From the sequence record OM339718.1: a stretch of DNA of 64,000 nucleotides; one strand, given 5' to 3'. A program made the position numbers and the translations under genes. Below are positions 1-11,708 of this stretch, piece after piece. Below the pieces are notes generated by a model. The model was not told the origin of the DNA and searched no databases. It was given only the letters and a program-made list of their open reading frames with translations. Positions within the stretch are counted from its first letter, which is position 1. Each line of letters opens with the position of its first letter.

Positions 1-1923
<1,923 letters not shown>

Positions 1924-1935
1924 AAGGAAAATAAA

Positions 1936-3972
1936 ATGGCATTACTTTCTCCGGGTGTAGAAGCTAAAGAGAATAATATGCAAACTACTATTGCCCGTTC
2001 ATCTACTGGACGGGCGGCTCTAGCTGGTAAATTCCAGTGGGGTCCTGCATATCAAATTTCTCAACTAGTTTCCGAGACCGATCTTATCGACCGTTTCGGT
2101 CGTCCTGATAATCAAACTGCTGATAGCGTTCTCAGTGCGATCAACTTCCTGAAATATGGTAACGATCTTCGTACCGTCCGTATTCTTGATGAAGATACAG
2201 CACGTAACTCTAGTCCGTTTTTTGAAACAATTGATTATACTATTACATCTCCGGGTGTTGATTATCGTATTGGTGACGATGTTAAAATTCTCCAAAATGG
2301 TGCAACTATCACCACTGGTAAAGTGTCCGCACTTAACTCCGTTGGTGGTATTACCTTCGTTAGATTCTCTACTGCCGAAGTAGTCAAAAAGGCAAAAGAA
2401 CTTAACGATTACCCAGCCCTTCAAAATGGATGGCAGATCCAATTTACCTCTGGTGGTCCCGGTAGTGGTCAATCTGCAACGGCTGTACTGAATGGTATTC
2501 GTCAAGATAGTAAGATTTATATCCGTAATGATGAATATTCCCGTGAATCCCTGCTTCGTAGAGACGAAACGACCGAAACATACATCGATATGTGTGAATC
2601 CTATGGTATTCCGGTTGTTGCTTCTCGTTATGCCGGTCTGACCGGTGATAATATCCAAGTCGCATTTATTGCGTACAAAGATTATTACAAGTTTGGTGTT
2701 GATGGTAAGATTTCTTCTGTTAATACAGTAAACCTGAAAACTTTCCCAAGTGGTTTGAGTTTTGGTAATATCACCCCAAGCTCTTATTTGGAATATGGTC
2801 CACAAACAAAAGACCAGTTCGCAATGATTGTTTTTGTTGGTGGTTCTGCTGTTGAATCTCGTGTTCTGTCAGTAAAAGAGAATGACCGCGATATATACGG
2901 TTCCAGTATCTATGTTGATGAATTCTTCATTAATGGATATTCCACCTTTATTCAAGGTGTTGCTGAGTCGTGGCCTACTGAATATTCCGGAATCCTTACA
3001 TTCGGTGGCGGTAATAGTGGTAACTCGACTGCTTCTGCCGGTGATTGGATCGAAGGTTGGGATATGTTCTCCGACCGTGAGCACGTAGATGTAAACCTGT
3101 TTATTGCCGGTTCTTGTGCTGGTGAAGGTGTAGAAATTGCATCAACTGTACAGAAATCCGTTGCCGCCATCTGTGATGAGCGTCAGGATTGTCTTGGCTG
3201 GATCAGCCCACCCCGCGAATACATGGTAAACCTACCTGTAGCAACTTCTGTTAAGAAGATGGTTGAATGGCGTCGTGGTGTTACCGATTCGGGTGTTGTG
3301 GTTGATGATAACATGAACATAGGAACCACCTACAGTTCTACATCTGCAAACTACAAGCTGCAATATGACAAATACAACGACACCAACCGTTGGATCCCGC
3401 TGTCTGCTGATATGGCTGGTTTGTGTGCTCGTACAGACACAGTAGCCCAACCATGGATGTCTCCGGCTGGTTTTAACCGTGGTCAGATCCTAGACGTTCG
3501 TAAGCTGGCTATCGAGACTCGTCAAGCACATCGTGATGAGCTATATCAAAACAGTATGAACCCAGTAGTTGGATTCCCCGGTCAAGGTTTCATTCTGTAT
3601 GGTGATAAGACTATGAGTCTTCAACCAACCCCATTCGATCGGATCAACGTCCGTCGTTTGTTCAACCTGTTGAAGAAGTCTATCTCTGAAAGTGCGAAAT
3701 ATAAGCTGTTTGAGAATAACGATGCGTTCACTCGTAACTCTTTCCGCAGTGAGGTCAATTCCTACCTAGATTCTATCAAGTCTCTTGGTGGTATCTATGA
3801 TTTCCGTGTCGTGTGTGATGAGACAAACAACACCCCAGCGGTTATTGACCGTAACGAGTTTGTTGCAACTATTCTAATCAAACCAGCACGGTCTATCAAC
3901 TATGTTAGCCTGAACTTCTCCGCCGTGGGAACTTCCGCTAACTTCGATGAGTTGGTTGGTCCACAAAACTAA
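1936..3972 (+). CDS. 18: Tail sheath protein gp18
   Basis: N-term MALLSPGVEAKE; C-term PWMSPAGFNRG and RINVRRLF; follows gene 17 as in T4. Confidence 0.98.
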   Translation: MALLSPGVEAKENNMQTTIARSSTGRAALAGKFQWGPAYQISQLVSETDLIDRFGRPDNQTADSVLSAINFLKYGNDLRTVRILDEDTARNSSPFFETIDYTITSPGVDYRIGDDVKILQNGATITTGKVSALNSVGGITFVRFSTAEVVKKAKELNDYPALQNGWQIQFTSGGPGSGQSATAVLNGIRQDSKIYIRNDEYSRESLLRRDETTETYIDMCESYGIPVVASRYAGLTGDNIQVAFIAYKDYYKFGVDGKISSVNTVNLKTFPSGLSFGNITPSSYLEYGPQTKDQFAMIVFVGGSAVESRVLSVKENDRDIYGSSIYVDEFFINGYSTFIQGVAESWPTEYSGILTFGGGNSGNSTASAGDWIEGWDMFSDREHVDVNLFIAGSCAGEGVEIASTVQKSVAAICDERQDCLGWISPPREYMVNLPVATSVKKMVEWRRGVTDSGVVVDDNMNIGTTYSSTSANYKLQYDKYNDTNRWIPLSADMAGLCARTDTVAQPWMSPAGFNRGQILDVRKLAIETRQAHRDELYQNSMNPVVGFPGQGFILYGDKTMSLQPTPFDRINVRRLFNLLKKSISESAKYKLFENNDAFTRNSFRSEVNSYLDSIKSLGGIYDFRVVCDETNNTPAVIDRNEFVATILIKPARSINYVSLNFSAVGTSANFDELVGPQN

Positions 3973-3977
3973 TAGAG

Positions 3978-4001
3978 TGGGGGATATTTATCCCCCATTT
4001 T
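3978..4001 (+). terminator. Hairpin after gene 18 (putative terminator or processing site)
   Basis: TGGGGGAT-ATTT-ATCCCCCA followed by TTTT. Confidence 0.55.
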
Positions 4002-4008
4002 AACCACC

Positions 4009-4015
4009 CTAAATA
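4009..4015 (+). promoter_or_regulatory. Late promoter CTAAATA (gene 19)
   Basis: TAAATA core just upstream of gene 19; the same motif recurs before other late genes. Confidence 0.75.
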
Positions 4016-4040
4016 ATTAAAGAATACAAAGAGGTTTAAA

Positions 4041-4529
4041 ATGGATCTTACTGATGTAAGCCGTGCGTTTTCTAACGGTGATCTGGCTCGCCCTAACCTG
4101 TTTGAGATTGAAATTCCTTTCATGGGGCAAGACTTTTCATTTAAATGTAAAGCTGCTTCTATGCCGGGTGCAACTGTAGAACCCGTAATTCTGGGTTATC
4201 AGAATAAAAAGCTCAAACTGGCTGGTGACCGTACATTCGATGACTGGACACTCACAGTCTATAATGACACCGAACACAACACACGTCAACAATTTATTGA
4301 GTGGCAAAATATAGCTCAATCCCTTGGTCGTAATATCAATGGTGAAGTTCCAACCGTGTATAAGAAGGAAGCAACCGTACATCAACTCGACCGTACTGGT
4401 AAGCGCACTCGTTCTTATACAGTTTATGGTACTTGGCCTACCCAAATTTCCGAACTTGCTTTGGACTGGGATACTGGGTCTGAGGTTGAAATGTTTGAAG
4501 TTATTATGGCTTTGGACTGGTGGGAATAA
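4041..4529 (+). CDS. 19: Tail tube protein gp19
   Basis: GDLARPNLFEIEIP, FKCKAASMPG, AGDRTFDDWTLTVYND, C-term DWWE. Confidence 0.97.
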   Translation: MDLTDVSRAFSNGDLARPNLFEIEIPFMGQDFSFKCKAASMPGATVEPVILGYQNKKLKLAGDRTFDDWTLTVYNDTEHNTRQQFIEWQNIAQSLGRNINGEVPTVYKKEATVHQLDRTGKRTRSYTVYGTWPTQISELALDWDTGSEVEMFEVIMALDWWE

Positions 4530-4574
4530 AATGATTGGGGTAGAAATACCCCATATCCTTTTAATTTTATTGCC

Positions 4575-4581
4575 CTAAATA
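4575..4581 (+). promoter_or_regulatory. Late promoter CTAAATA (gene 20)
   Basis: Motif in the 19-20 intergenic gap. Confidence 0.7.
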
Positions 4582-4610
4582 AATATAGATAAAATAAAAG
4601 GATTACTCAT

Positions 4611-6188
4611 ATGTTCAATGGTCGTTTTACTGTTCCAAGTTTTCTTCGTCCGTGGGCGAAAGATGACGATAAGGAACTAGATATAGAACTCAAATCGGGT
4701 ATTGATAGTTTCTCCGCACCAGACAATCCCGATGGTGCAAATTCTATTGATAGAACCGATACATCAGCACCCAGTCGTGCATATCAAGCTTATGCATATG
4801 GTACTGAACAAAAAATTAATTCAACTCGTCAACTTATAGATCAATATCGCGCTCTAACAAATTATCACGAAGTTGATAATGCGATTGATGAAATCGTAAA
4901 CGATGCAATTGTTCAAGAAGACGAAAAGAATACTGTTTCATTGGATCTGGATGCAACTAAATGGAATAAATCCATTAAAGACCGGGTTCAGGAAGAATTT
5001 GAAGAAATATTGTCTCTTTTGAACTTCGAAAAAGAAGGTAAGAGATTATATCGCCGTTGGTATGTTGATAGTCGGATCTATTTCCATAAAATGATCGATC
5101 CGAAACGCCAAAAAGAAGGTATTAAAGAACTTCGGTTGTTAGACCCACGAGCCGTATATTATCACAGAGAAAACTTTAAAGAGGTTGAAGGTGGTAATAG
5201 CATTTATAAAGGTCATCGTGAATATTTTACTTATTCTGGTACTGAATGTTCAACTTATAATATAAACCAAGCTAATACAAACCATATCGTTATCCCACGC
5301 GATGCGATGGTTTATGCTCATAGTGGTAAAGTGTCTTGTGATGGTAGATCTATTATAGGACATCTACATGCTGCAATAAAGCCAGCTAACATTTTGAAGA
5401 TGTTAGAAGATGCATTGGTTATATATCGCGTATCACGCGCACCAGAACGTCGTATTTTTTATATTGACGTTGGTAATATGCAACCGAAAAAAGCAACCGA
5501 ACACGTAAACAAAGTCATGCAAGGTTTTAAAAACCGGGTTATCTATGACAGTTCAACTGGTAAGGTTAAAACAGCAGCCAATAACCTAAGTATGACAGAA
5601 GATTTCTGGTTGATGCGTCGTGATGGTAAGGCTTCTACTGAGATTTCTACTCTTCCGGGTGCTCAGTCTATTGGTGAAATGGACGACGTTCGTTGGTTCA
5701 ACCGTAAAGTGTATGAAGCAATGAAATTACCACTTAGTCGCCTCCCAATGGAATCTGGTGGTGTTACATTCTCAAATGGTGGGGAAATATCTCGTGATGA
5801 GCTGTTGTTTTCTAAATTGGTTCGTGGTATGCAGCGCCAATTTGACCCAATTTTCTATGACCCACTTGTTACAAACCTTATTCTAAAAGGTATTATGAGT
5901 CAGGAAGAATGGGATGAAGAAAAGAATAACATCAAGATTGTATATGCCAAAGATTCTTATTATGAAGAACTTAAAGATATTGAGATTCTTCAACGTAGAG
6001 TAGATGTGGTTAGTAGTCTCATTCAAAATAACATTGTCGGAAAATATATGTCTCATAATACAATTATGAAAGACATAATGAAAATGACAGATAAACAAAT
6101 TGAAGAAGAGGCGAAGAAAATTGAGGAAGAAATGAAATCCGAAATTCTCAATCCACCAAATCCAGAAGATGGTCTCGCTGATTTTTAA
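4611..6188 (+). CDS. 20: Portal protein gp20
   Basis: EVDNAIDEIVNDAIV, RRWYVDSRIYFHK, YRVSRAPERRIFYIDVGNM, EDFWLMRRDG. Confidence 0.98.
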   Translation: MFNGRFTVPSFLRPWAKDDDKELDIELKSGIDSFSAPDNPDGANSIDRTDTSAPSRAYQAYAYGTEQKINSTRQLIDQYRALTNYHEVDNAIDEIVNDAIVQEDEKNTVSLDLDATKWNKSIKDRVQEEFEEILSLLNFEKEGKRLYRRWYVDSRIYFHKMIDPKRQKEGIKELRLLDPRAVYYHRENFKEVEGGNSIYKGHREYFTYSGTECSTYNINQANTNHIVIPRDAMVYAHSGKVSCDGRSIIGHLHAAIKPANILKMLEDALVIYRVSRAPERRIFYIDVGNMQPKKATEHVNKVMQGFKNRVIYDSSTGKVKTAANNLSMTEDFWLMRRDGKASTEISTLPGAQSIGEMDDVRWFNRKVYEAMKLPLSRLPMESGGVTFSNGGEISRDELLFSKLVRGMQRQFDPIFYDPLVTNLILKGIMSQEEWDEEKNNIKIVYAKDSYYEELKDIEILQRRVDVVSSLIQNNIVGKYMSHNTIMKDIMKMTDKQIEEEAKKIEEEMKSEILNPPNPEDGLADF

Positions 6189-6193
6189 CAACA

Positions 6194-6200
6194 CTAAATA
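6194..6200 (+). promoter_or_regulatory. Late promoter CTAAATA (genes 67/68/21)
   Basis: Motif immediately after the gene 20 stop, upstream of the small ORF at 6214. Confidence 0.7.
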
Positions 6201-6213
6201 AAGGTATAGAGTG

Positions 6214-6369
6214 ATGGAAGAATTTATTAATGCAGCACGAGCTGGTGATCTTATTGCCGCTAAAGGTGCATTCGAAACTGAAATGTTTTCACGTATTGCC
6301 GCTAAAACTCATGATATGCGGGTTCAGATGGGAGCATCCTTAGCCCCCTTCGAAGACGAACAAGAATAA
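6214..6369 (+). CDS. 67: Prohead core protein gp67 (51 aa; not in the ORF track)
   Basis: Hand translation MEEFINAARAGDLIAAKGAFETEMFSRIAAK...; position between 20 and 68 as in T4. Confidence 0.8.
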   Translation: MEEFINAARAGDLIAAKGAFETEMFSRIAAKTHDMRVQMGASLAPFEDEQE

Positions 6370-6397
6370 TTTTTAACAACCCCATAAGGAAAATAAA

Positions 6398-6874
6398 ATG
6401 GAAAAACAAGAAGTAATTTCCAAATGGGGAGTAAAAGGTTCTCGCATTCTTGAAACCGATTTGGAGTACGACGTACTCCTTTCGTTAATCGCTGAATGCG
6501 TTGAATCAACTGCTCCCGAAAAAGCACAACACCTTAAATCTGTATTTGGTGAAGATGACTCTTTGACAATTGCAGAAAATATGATTTCTGAAAATGCGAT
6601 TGAAGCATTGGCGATCCTAAGTATTTTGGAAGAGTCTGAGGAACTTGATGAAGTTCTTGTGAAGCGTGTAAATGCTGCTGGTACTGTTACACGTATCCAT
6701 GACCGTGAAACCCGTAAACGTAGAGCGACACAAACCACTGGATTAAGTAAGTCACAGCGTCGTCAAATTGCTAGACATGCGGTTAAAACCAAAAGAGCTA
6801 ACCCGTCTATTCAGATTCGAGCTAATAAGAAATATAAAAAGGCTATGCGTAAGCGCCATTCGATGGGGCTCTAA
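6398..6874 (+). CDS. 68: Prohead core protein gp68
   Basis: Basic C-term VKRVNAAGTVTRIHDRETRKRRATQTTGLSKSQRRQIARHAVKTKRANP; synteny. Confidence 0.92.
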   Translation: MEKQEVISKWGVKGSRILETDLEYDVLLSLIAECVESTAPEKAQHLKSVFGEDDSLTIAENMISENAIEALAILSILEESEELDEVLVKRVNAAGTVTRIHDRETRKRRATQTTGLSKSQRRQIARHAVKTKRANPSIQIRANKKYKKAMRKRHSMGL

Positions 6875-6876
6875 TC

Positions 6877-7602
6877 ATGTATGAAAATATTCTAGTAGAA
6901 AACTGGGAAGGTAGAGACAACGGTGAACCTTCAAAAAATATGCTTTTAATTGAGCATTGGAGCACCGAATATAGGACTGATACTAATCTAACCGAGAAAA
7001 ATGAATCTGGGGTTCCCAATAAAGAATGTTACCTTATTGAATCAGTGGATGACAAAGGTACTGGTAATCTTTATATCGAGGGTATTTTCCTCCAAGCGGA
7101 AGTTCCTAATGGTAATGGTCGCATTTATCCAAAACGGGTAATGGAAAAAGCCGTAGAAAGATACATTAAAGATCAGGTTGCGTCTAAACAATCTCTTGGT
7201 GAGCTAAATCACCCCGGTGATCGTTCTTATCCAGATCCATCCAAATCAGCTTTGGTCATTGAAAAGCTCTGGTGGAAAGGTAATGACGTTTATGGTCGTG
7301 CTCGTATTGTAGAAGGAGACCATGCGGAAGGTGATAAGGTCGCTGCTCTTATTAGAGCTGGTTGGATTCCGGGTGTTAGTTCTCGTGGTCTTGGTTCTTT
7401 AAAGCGTAATTCTCGCGGTTTAAATGAAGTTCAAGAAGGTTATCGTTTAACTGTTGGGGTGGATGTTGTTTGGGGACCAAGCGCACCTAATGCGTATACA
7501 AACGCATACCGAGTTAACGAATCAAAAACCGATCAAAAACCTACCCTAAATAATACAGACGATGCAAAGATTCTAAAATTAATCGAAGCATTGAAAAGTT
7601 AA
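6877..7602 (+). CDS. 21: Prohead protease gp21
   Basis: LYIEGIFLQAEV, GELNHP, GVSSRGLGSL, VDVVWGPSAP. Confidence 0.96.
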   Translation: MYENILVENWEGRDNGEPSKNMLLIEHWSTEYRTDTNLTEKNESGVPNKECYLIESVDDKGTGNLYIEGIFLQAEVPNGNGRIYPKRVMEKAVERYIKDQVASKQSLGELNHPGDRSYPDPSKSALVIEKLWWKGNDVYGRARIVEGDHAEGDKVAALIRAGWIPGVSSRGLGSLKRNSRGLNEVQEGYRLTVGVDVVWGPSAPNAYTNAYRVNESKTDQKPTLNNTDDAKILKLIEALKS

Positions 7603-7623
7603 CTTTCAAATAAGGAAAAACCA

Positions 7624-8457
7624 ATGTCTATTAAAGACCAACTGCTCAGTGAATCTAAAAATATCACTGTACAAGCAGATGCCATTTCTGGCGCTCTGCA
7701 AGGGCTCAATTTGAGCGAGGGTGTAGTTGACGCACTGACCCAAGTATTTCAAACCAAACTGCGTGAAGAAGCCGTACAGCTCGCAGAATCGCACATCGAA
7801 GCCCTAGCCGCTAAATCCGATGAACTGGTTCAAGAAGCTGCCGAAGCAAAGAATGCAGAACTGATTAAAACCATGGATAGTTATTTCGAACATCTAGCAG
7901 AAAGCTTTATGGAAGATAACAAAGTAGCTATTGAAACTGGTATCCAAGCCCAACTTGCTGAAAGTCTGCTTGCTGGTATGAAAGAACTATTTGTGTCTCA
8001 TCATGTTGTTGTTCCAGAGGATGCAGTTGACATCGTTGCTGAACAAGCTGCTGAACTGGAAGAAGCCCAAAGCATGATTAACGATCTGGTTAGTAAAAAC
8101 TCTGCTCTAACCGAAAGTATTCAAGCTAAAGAACGTGAAGCTGTTATCGCTGAGTCTATTAAAGAGCTGACTATGGTTCAACAAGAACAAGTTAAAACTC
8201 TTTGTGAGGGAATTTCGTTTGGTTCTGCTGAACAATTCGGTACTCGTGTAAGTGCTCTGGTTGAAATGGTTTCTCAGAAGAAAGATCAAGAACCTAATCA
8301 GAAACCTCTAAACGAAAATCTTAACTTCAATGATGACGAAGGTCAGAAAGACGACAAAGATGAAAAGGGTGAGAAAGGCGAAAAAGGTAAGAAAGATAAA
8401 AAGCCAGAACCCAAGTCCAAAATCGATGAGTCTGTAGAAGAGTTCATGCGCTGGTAA
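7624..8457 (+). CDS. 22: Major prohead scaffolding/core protein gp22
   Basis: MSIKDQLLSESKNI start; acidic helical protein between 21 and 23; late motif CTAAATA at 7546-7552. Confidence 0.93.
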   Translation: MSIKDQLLSESKNITVQADAISGALQGLNLSEGVVDALTQVFQTKLREEAVQLAESHIEALAAKSDELVQEAAEAKNAELIKTMDSYFEHLAESFMEDNKVAIETGIQAQLAESLLAGMKELFVSHHVVVPEDAVDIVAEQAAELEEAQSMINDLVSKNSALTESIQAKEREAVIAESIKELTMVQQEQVKTLCEGISFGSAEQFGTRVSALVEMVSQKKDQEPNQKPLNENLNFNDDEGQKDDKDEKGEKGEKGKKDKKPEPKSKIDESVEEFMRW

Positions 8458-8503
8458 TTTTCTGTTTAACGGGGAGTTATAAAAATAACTCGAAATAACT
8501 CCC

Positions 8504-8510
8504 CTAAATA
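8504..8510 (+). promoter_or_regulatory. Late promoter CTAAATA (gene 23)
   Basis: Motif upstream of gene 23, followed by a leader stem-loop (~8519-8546). Confidence 0.75.
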
Positions 8511-8582
8511 TATTTGTAAGGGAAAGAAGAAATGGTTCTTCTCCCCGAAAATTAAATTTCAAATCCAAAAAGGAAAACAAAA

Positions 8583-10265
8583 ATGTCTAAAACCGCTATT
8601 ATCGCTAAGTGGAAACCGCTGCTTGAAAAAGAAGGTCTGCCGGAAATTGCTACCATGAAGCGCAAGGATATCGTCGCTCGTCTGATGGAAAACCAATATG
8701 AAGACATCAAGAGTAACGACGGTGCTGCATATACCGACCAAACCGTAATCGACTCCATGGTTGACGTTCAAGGTCGTAAAGCTCAACTGGCAGAAGCCAA
8801 AAAGATGCTGAACGAAGCTCAAGCCGCTGCTCTGGCAGAAGGTCGCGAACTGACCGGTGAAGAGATGGAAACCATGCTAACCGAAGCTAACATCGTCGGT
8901 GACCACGGTTATGATGCTGTTAAGATCGCCTCTGGTGAAGCTTCCGGTAACATCACCAACGTCGGTCCGGCTGTTATGGGTCTGGCTCGTCGTGCTATCA
9001 GCAACCTGATTGCCTTTGATATCTGTGGTGTTCAGCCGATGACCTCTTCCGCTGGTCAGGTATTCACCCTTCGTGCCATCTATGGTACTGATGCGCTGGA
9101 TGCTCAAGCTCGCGAAGCTTTTCACCCGCAATATGCACCTGATTCCAGCTTTTCTGGTCGTGGTGCCACTGCCCCGCTGATTCCTGCTTTTGATAAAGAC
9201 GGAACCTATGCAATCGGTGATCTGGCTCGCTTCCAACTGGATGAAGAAGTAGACGCTTATTCCAACTCCGGTACTAAGGTTGTTCAGTTTGTTACCGCTT
9301 ATACTGCTGGTACTGCTGCTGACGTTAAAACCGCTGGTTACCTGAAACTAATCCACGACAAGATCGCGGTTGAAATCGGTGAAGGTATGGCTACCTCCAT
9401 GGCAGAACTGCAAGAGAACTTTAATGGTTCCAGCAATAACCCGTGGCCTGAAATGAGTTTCCGTATTGATAAGCAAGTAGTTGAAGCTAAGGCTCGTCAA
9501 CTGAAAGCTCAGTACTCCATCGAACTGGCTCAGGACCTGCGTAACGTTCATGGTCTGGATGCAGATAGCGAACTGTCCAGCATTCTGGCTAACGAAATCA
9601 TGCTAGAAATCAACCGTGAAATGATCCTGTGGATCAACGCTACCGCTCAAATTGGTAAGACCGGTTGGACTAACCAACATGGTGGTCAAGCTGGTGTCTT
9701 CAACTTTGCCGACCCGAACGACATTCGTGGTGCTCGTTGGCAAGGTGAGAGCGCCAAGGCTCTGGTTACCCAAATCGATAAGGAAGCTGCTGAAATCGGT
9801 CGTCAAACCGGTCGTGGTAACGGTAACTTCGTAATCTGTTCCCGTAACGTTGCCGTAATGCTCGGTTCCACCGACCAACTGGTTTCTCCGGCTGCTGCTG
9901 GTACTACCAAGCTGAACACTGATACCTCCGTATCTCAGTTCGCTGGTGTTCTGGCTGGTAAGTATCGTGTCTTCATCGACCAGTACGCTGTTGAAGATTA
10001 CTTCACTGTAGGCTTCAAGGGTAGCTCCGAACTGGATGCAGGTCTGTACTACTGCCCATACGTCCCGTTGAGCCCGCTGCGTGGTGTGGATCCTAAGTCC
10101 TTCGCTACCATTCTTGGCTTCAAGACCCGTTACGGTGTTAAACTGCACCCGTTCGCTGACGGTTCCAAGAACAAAGGCTTCTCCAAGATCACTTCCGGAA
10201 TGCCGGGTGCTGCAATCTTCGGTAAGAACTCCTTCTACCGTCGTGTACGTGTTCTGGGTGCCTAA
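8583..10265 (+). CDS. 23: Major capsid protein gp23
   Basis: IAFDICGVQPM, EMSFRIDKQVVEAKARQLKAQYSIELAQDL, AGLYYCPYVPL, GFKTRYG. Confidence 0.99.
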   Translation: MSKTAIIAKWKPLLEKEGLPEIATMKRKDIVARLMENQYEDIKSNDGAAYTDQTVIDSMVDVQGRKAQLAEAKKMLNEAQAAALAEGRELTGEEMETMLTEANIVGDHGYDAVKIASGEASGNITNVGPAVMGLARRAISNLIAFDICGVQPMTSSAGQVFTLRAIYGTDALDAQAREAFHPQYAPDSSFSGRGATAPLIPAFDKDGTYAIGDLARFQLDEEVDAYSNSGTKVVQFVTAYTAGTAADVKTAGYLKLIHDKIAVEIGEGMATSMAELQENFNGSSNNPWPEMSFRIDKQVVEAKARQLKAQYSIELAQDLRNVHGLDADSELSSILANEIMLEINREMILWINATAQIGKTGWTNQHGGQAGVFNFADPNDIRGARWQGESAKALVTQIDKEAAEIGRQTGRGNGNFVICSRNVAVMLGSTDQLVSPAAAGTTKLNTDTSVSQFAGVLAGKYRVFIDQYAVEDYFTVGFKGSSELDAGLYYCPYVPLSPLRGVDPKSFATILGFKTRYGVKLHPFADGSKNKGFSKITSGMPGAAIFGKNSFYRRVRVLGA

Positions 10266-10281
10266 TAGCAAATCCAAAAAT

Positions 10282-10310
10282 AAGGGAACCTTCGGGTTCC
10301 CTTTTCGTTT
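10282..10310 (+). terminator. Rho-independent terminator after gene 23
   Basis: AAGGGAACC-TTCG-GGTTCCCTT with a T-tract; cUUCGg loop typical of T4-like terminators. Confidence 0.9.
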
Positions 10311-10398
10311 TTCTTACTGGTCTAAATAATACTAGATAGAGTTCATACAGTCAACCAATGAATGAGCCCTAAATAAAAGAAAAAGAGGAATCTTAAAA

Positions 10399-11628
10399 AT
10401 GGCTAAAGTAGTCTCCAAAAAAATACAAGACCTAATTAAAGAGTCTGGTATGTCCGGGCGGTTGGTTGAATCTAGTAGTGGTGATATCGTAACGGGTCGC
10501 CCTTCTTTAGTTTCACTAACTCGCAAAACATTTAATAAAATTTATGATGAGCTTGCTGGTGTTCAACCAACTACAGACCCAGTAGCAAACGTATTTGGTG
10601 TACGTTACGAGTATATTAGCGAAGACAATCAAAGTCATCGGGATATTAACCTTGACAACCGTAATTATGGTGGTGAATTTGATATGGCCGCCGTTGCTGC
10701 ATTACCAGCCGGTAGTGCTAGTATGGTATCAAAAACATATTTTGCCAGTGAAGGTTATGTGTTCCAAGTTATCAATGATGGTGATTACTCCGGTGATTTG
10801 AATTCTCTTTTTGAGAATGTCTTTACTGGTAACCTTCGTCTTGTTGTTGACGCAATTGTACCGAACACACAAGAAGATAAAGAAATCCAAAAAACCAGAT
10901 ATGTAATGAACAAATGGAAATCCGTTGTTCGTAGTCGCAAACTAAAATCTAACATCACTCTAGAACTTCTTCAAGATATGGGTGGTATGAATATGGATGG
11001 TGATGCCGCAGTAGAAGATCTATTGTCTGTCGCCATCGCAGAAGAAATTAACAGCGATATTATCATGAAGCTGGTAACTGTTGCATCTAAAGAAGTTAAA
11101 GCAACTCCGTATAATGTAGCAACCACTGAATATTTTGCTGGTCGTGATCTTGTTGCTCGTGCGTGTCGTATGGCTGCTCAAATTACTTTAGATACCACAT
11201 TCAAGCCGACTTATATTCTTGCTTCTGCTCATGTGGCTGCACTTATTCAAACGTCTGGACTAGTTGACGACCAACACCGAATTATCGGCACTAAAATGAA
11301 ATTGGTTGTTGATTCAAAAACCCCAGTCCATTATATGCTGGTTGGTGTTAAGGCTAAATTTGATGACGGTGTTGATACAGTAAGTGCTGTTTATTACAGT
11401 CCTTATATCGAAGAAGACGAAGCGGGGACTTTTATGGTTGCAGCGGATCCGGACGCACTACAACCTGTAGTTGGTATCATCTCAAGATATGCTCTATCTA
11501 CTAGCCCAGATTTCAGAAAAATTGAATCTAACCCGGCTAAGGTATATGACGGTGAAGATTGGGTAGGTGCCGCAAACAAGTCTCAATTGGCTCGTATGTG
11601 CATGGTTGAAATGAAAGATTACGCATAA
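10399..11628 (+). CDS. 24: Head vertex protein gp24
   Basis: gp23 paralogue features (GRPSLVSLTR, VRSRKLKSNITLELLQD, YYSPYIE, IISRYALS); late motifs at 10322 and 10369. Confidence 0.95.
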   Translation: MAKVVSKKIQDLIKESGMSGRLVESSSGDIVTGRPSLVSLTRKTFNKIYDELAGVQPTTDPVANVFGVRYEYISEDNQSHRDINLDNRNYGGEFDMAAVAALPAGSASMVSKTYFASEGYVFQVINDGDYSGDLNSLFENVFTGNLRLVVDAIVPNTQEDKEIQKTRYVMNKWKSVVRSRKLKSNITLELLQDMGGMNMDGDAAVEDLLSVAIAEEINSDIIMKLVTVASKEVKATPYNVATTEYFAGRDLVARACRMAAQITLDTTFKPTYILASAHVAALIQTSGLVDDQHRIIGTKMKLVVDSKTPVHYMLVGVKAKFDDGVDTVSAVYYSPYIEEDEAGTFMVAADPDALQPVVGIISRYALSTSPDFRKIESNPAKVYDGEDWVGAANKSQLARMCMVEMKDYA

Positions 11629-11675
11629 TTAATTTTCCAGATAAAAAGACGTAGAAGCTTTATTCTGGATAAAAG

Positions 11676-11708
11676 AAAGCCCCAACCTTTTTAGGTCGGG
11701 GCTTTTTT
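11676..11708. terminator. Bidirectional terminator between convergent genes
   Basis: AAAGCCCCAACC...GGTCGGGGCTTTTTT between gene 24 and the convergent ORF. Confidence 0.8.

Noticed and set aside
2065-2805. 246-aa antisense ORF inside gene 18
   Set aside because: Mirror of a strongly codon-biased structural gene; no RBS or recognisable motifs.
8340-8410. KDEKGEKGEKGKKDKK low-complexity stretch in gp22
   Set aside because: Short charged linker; too short for a collagen-like domain.
8877-10277. Antisense ORFs (119 and 224 aa) inside gene 23
   Set aside because: Shadow ORFs typical of highly expressed genes with biased third positions.
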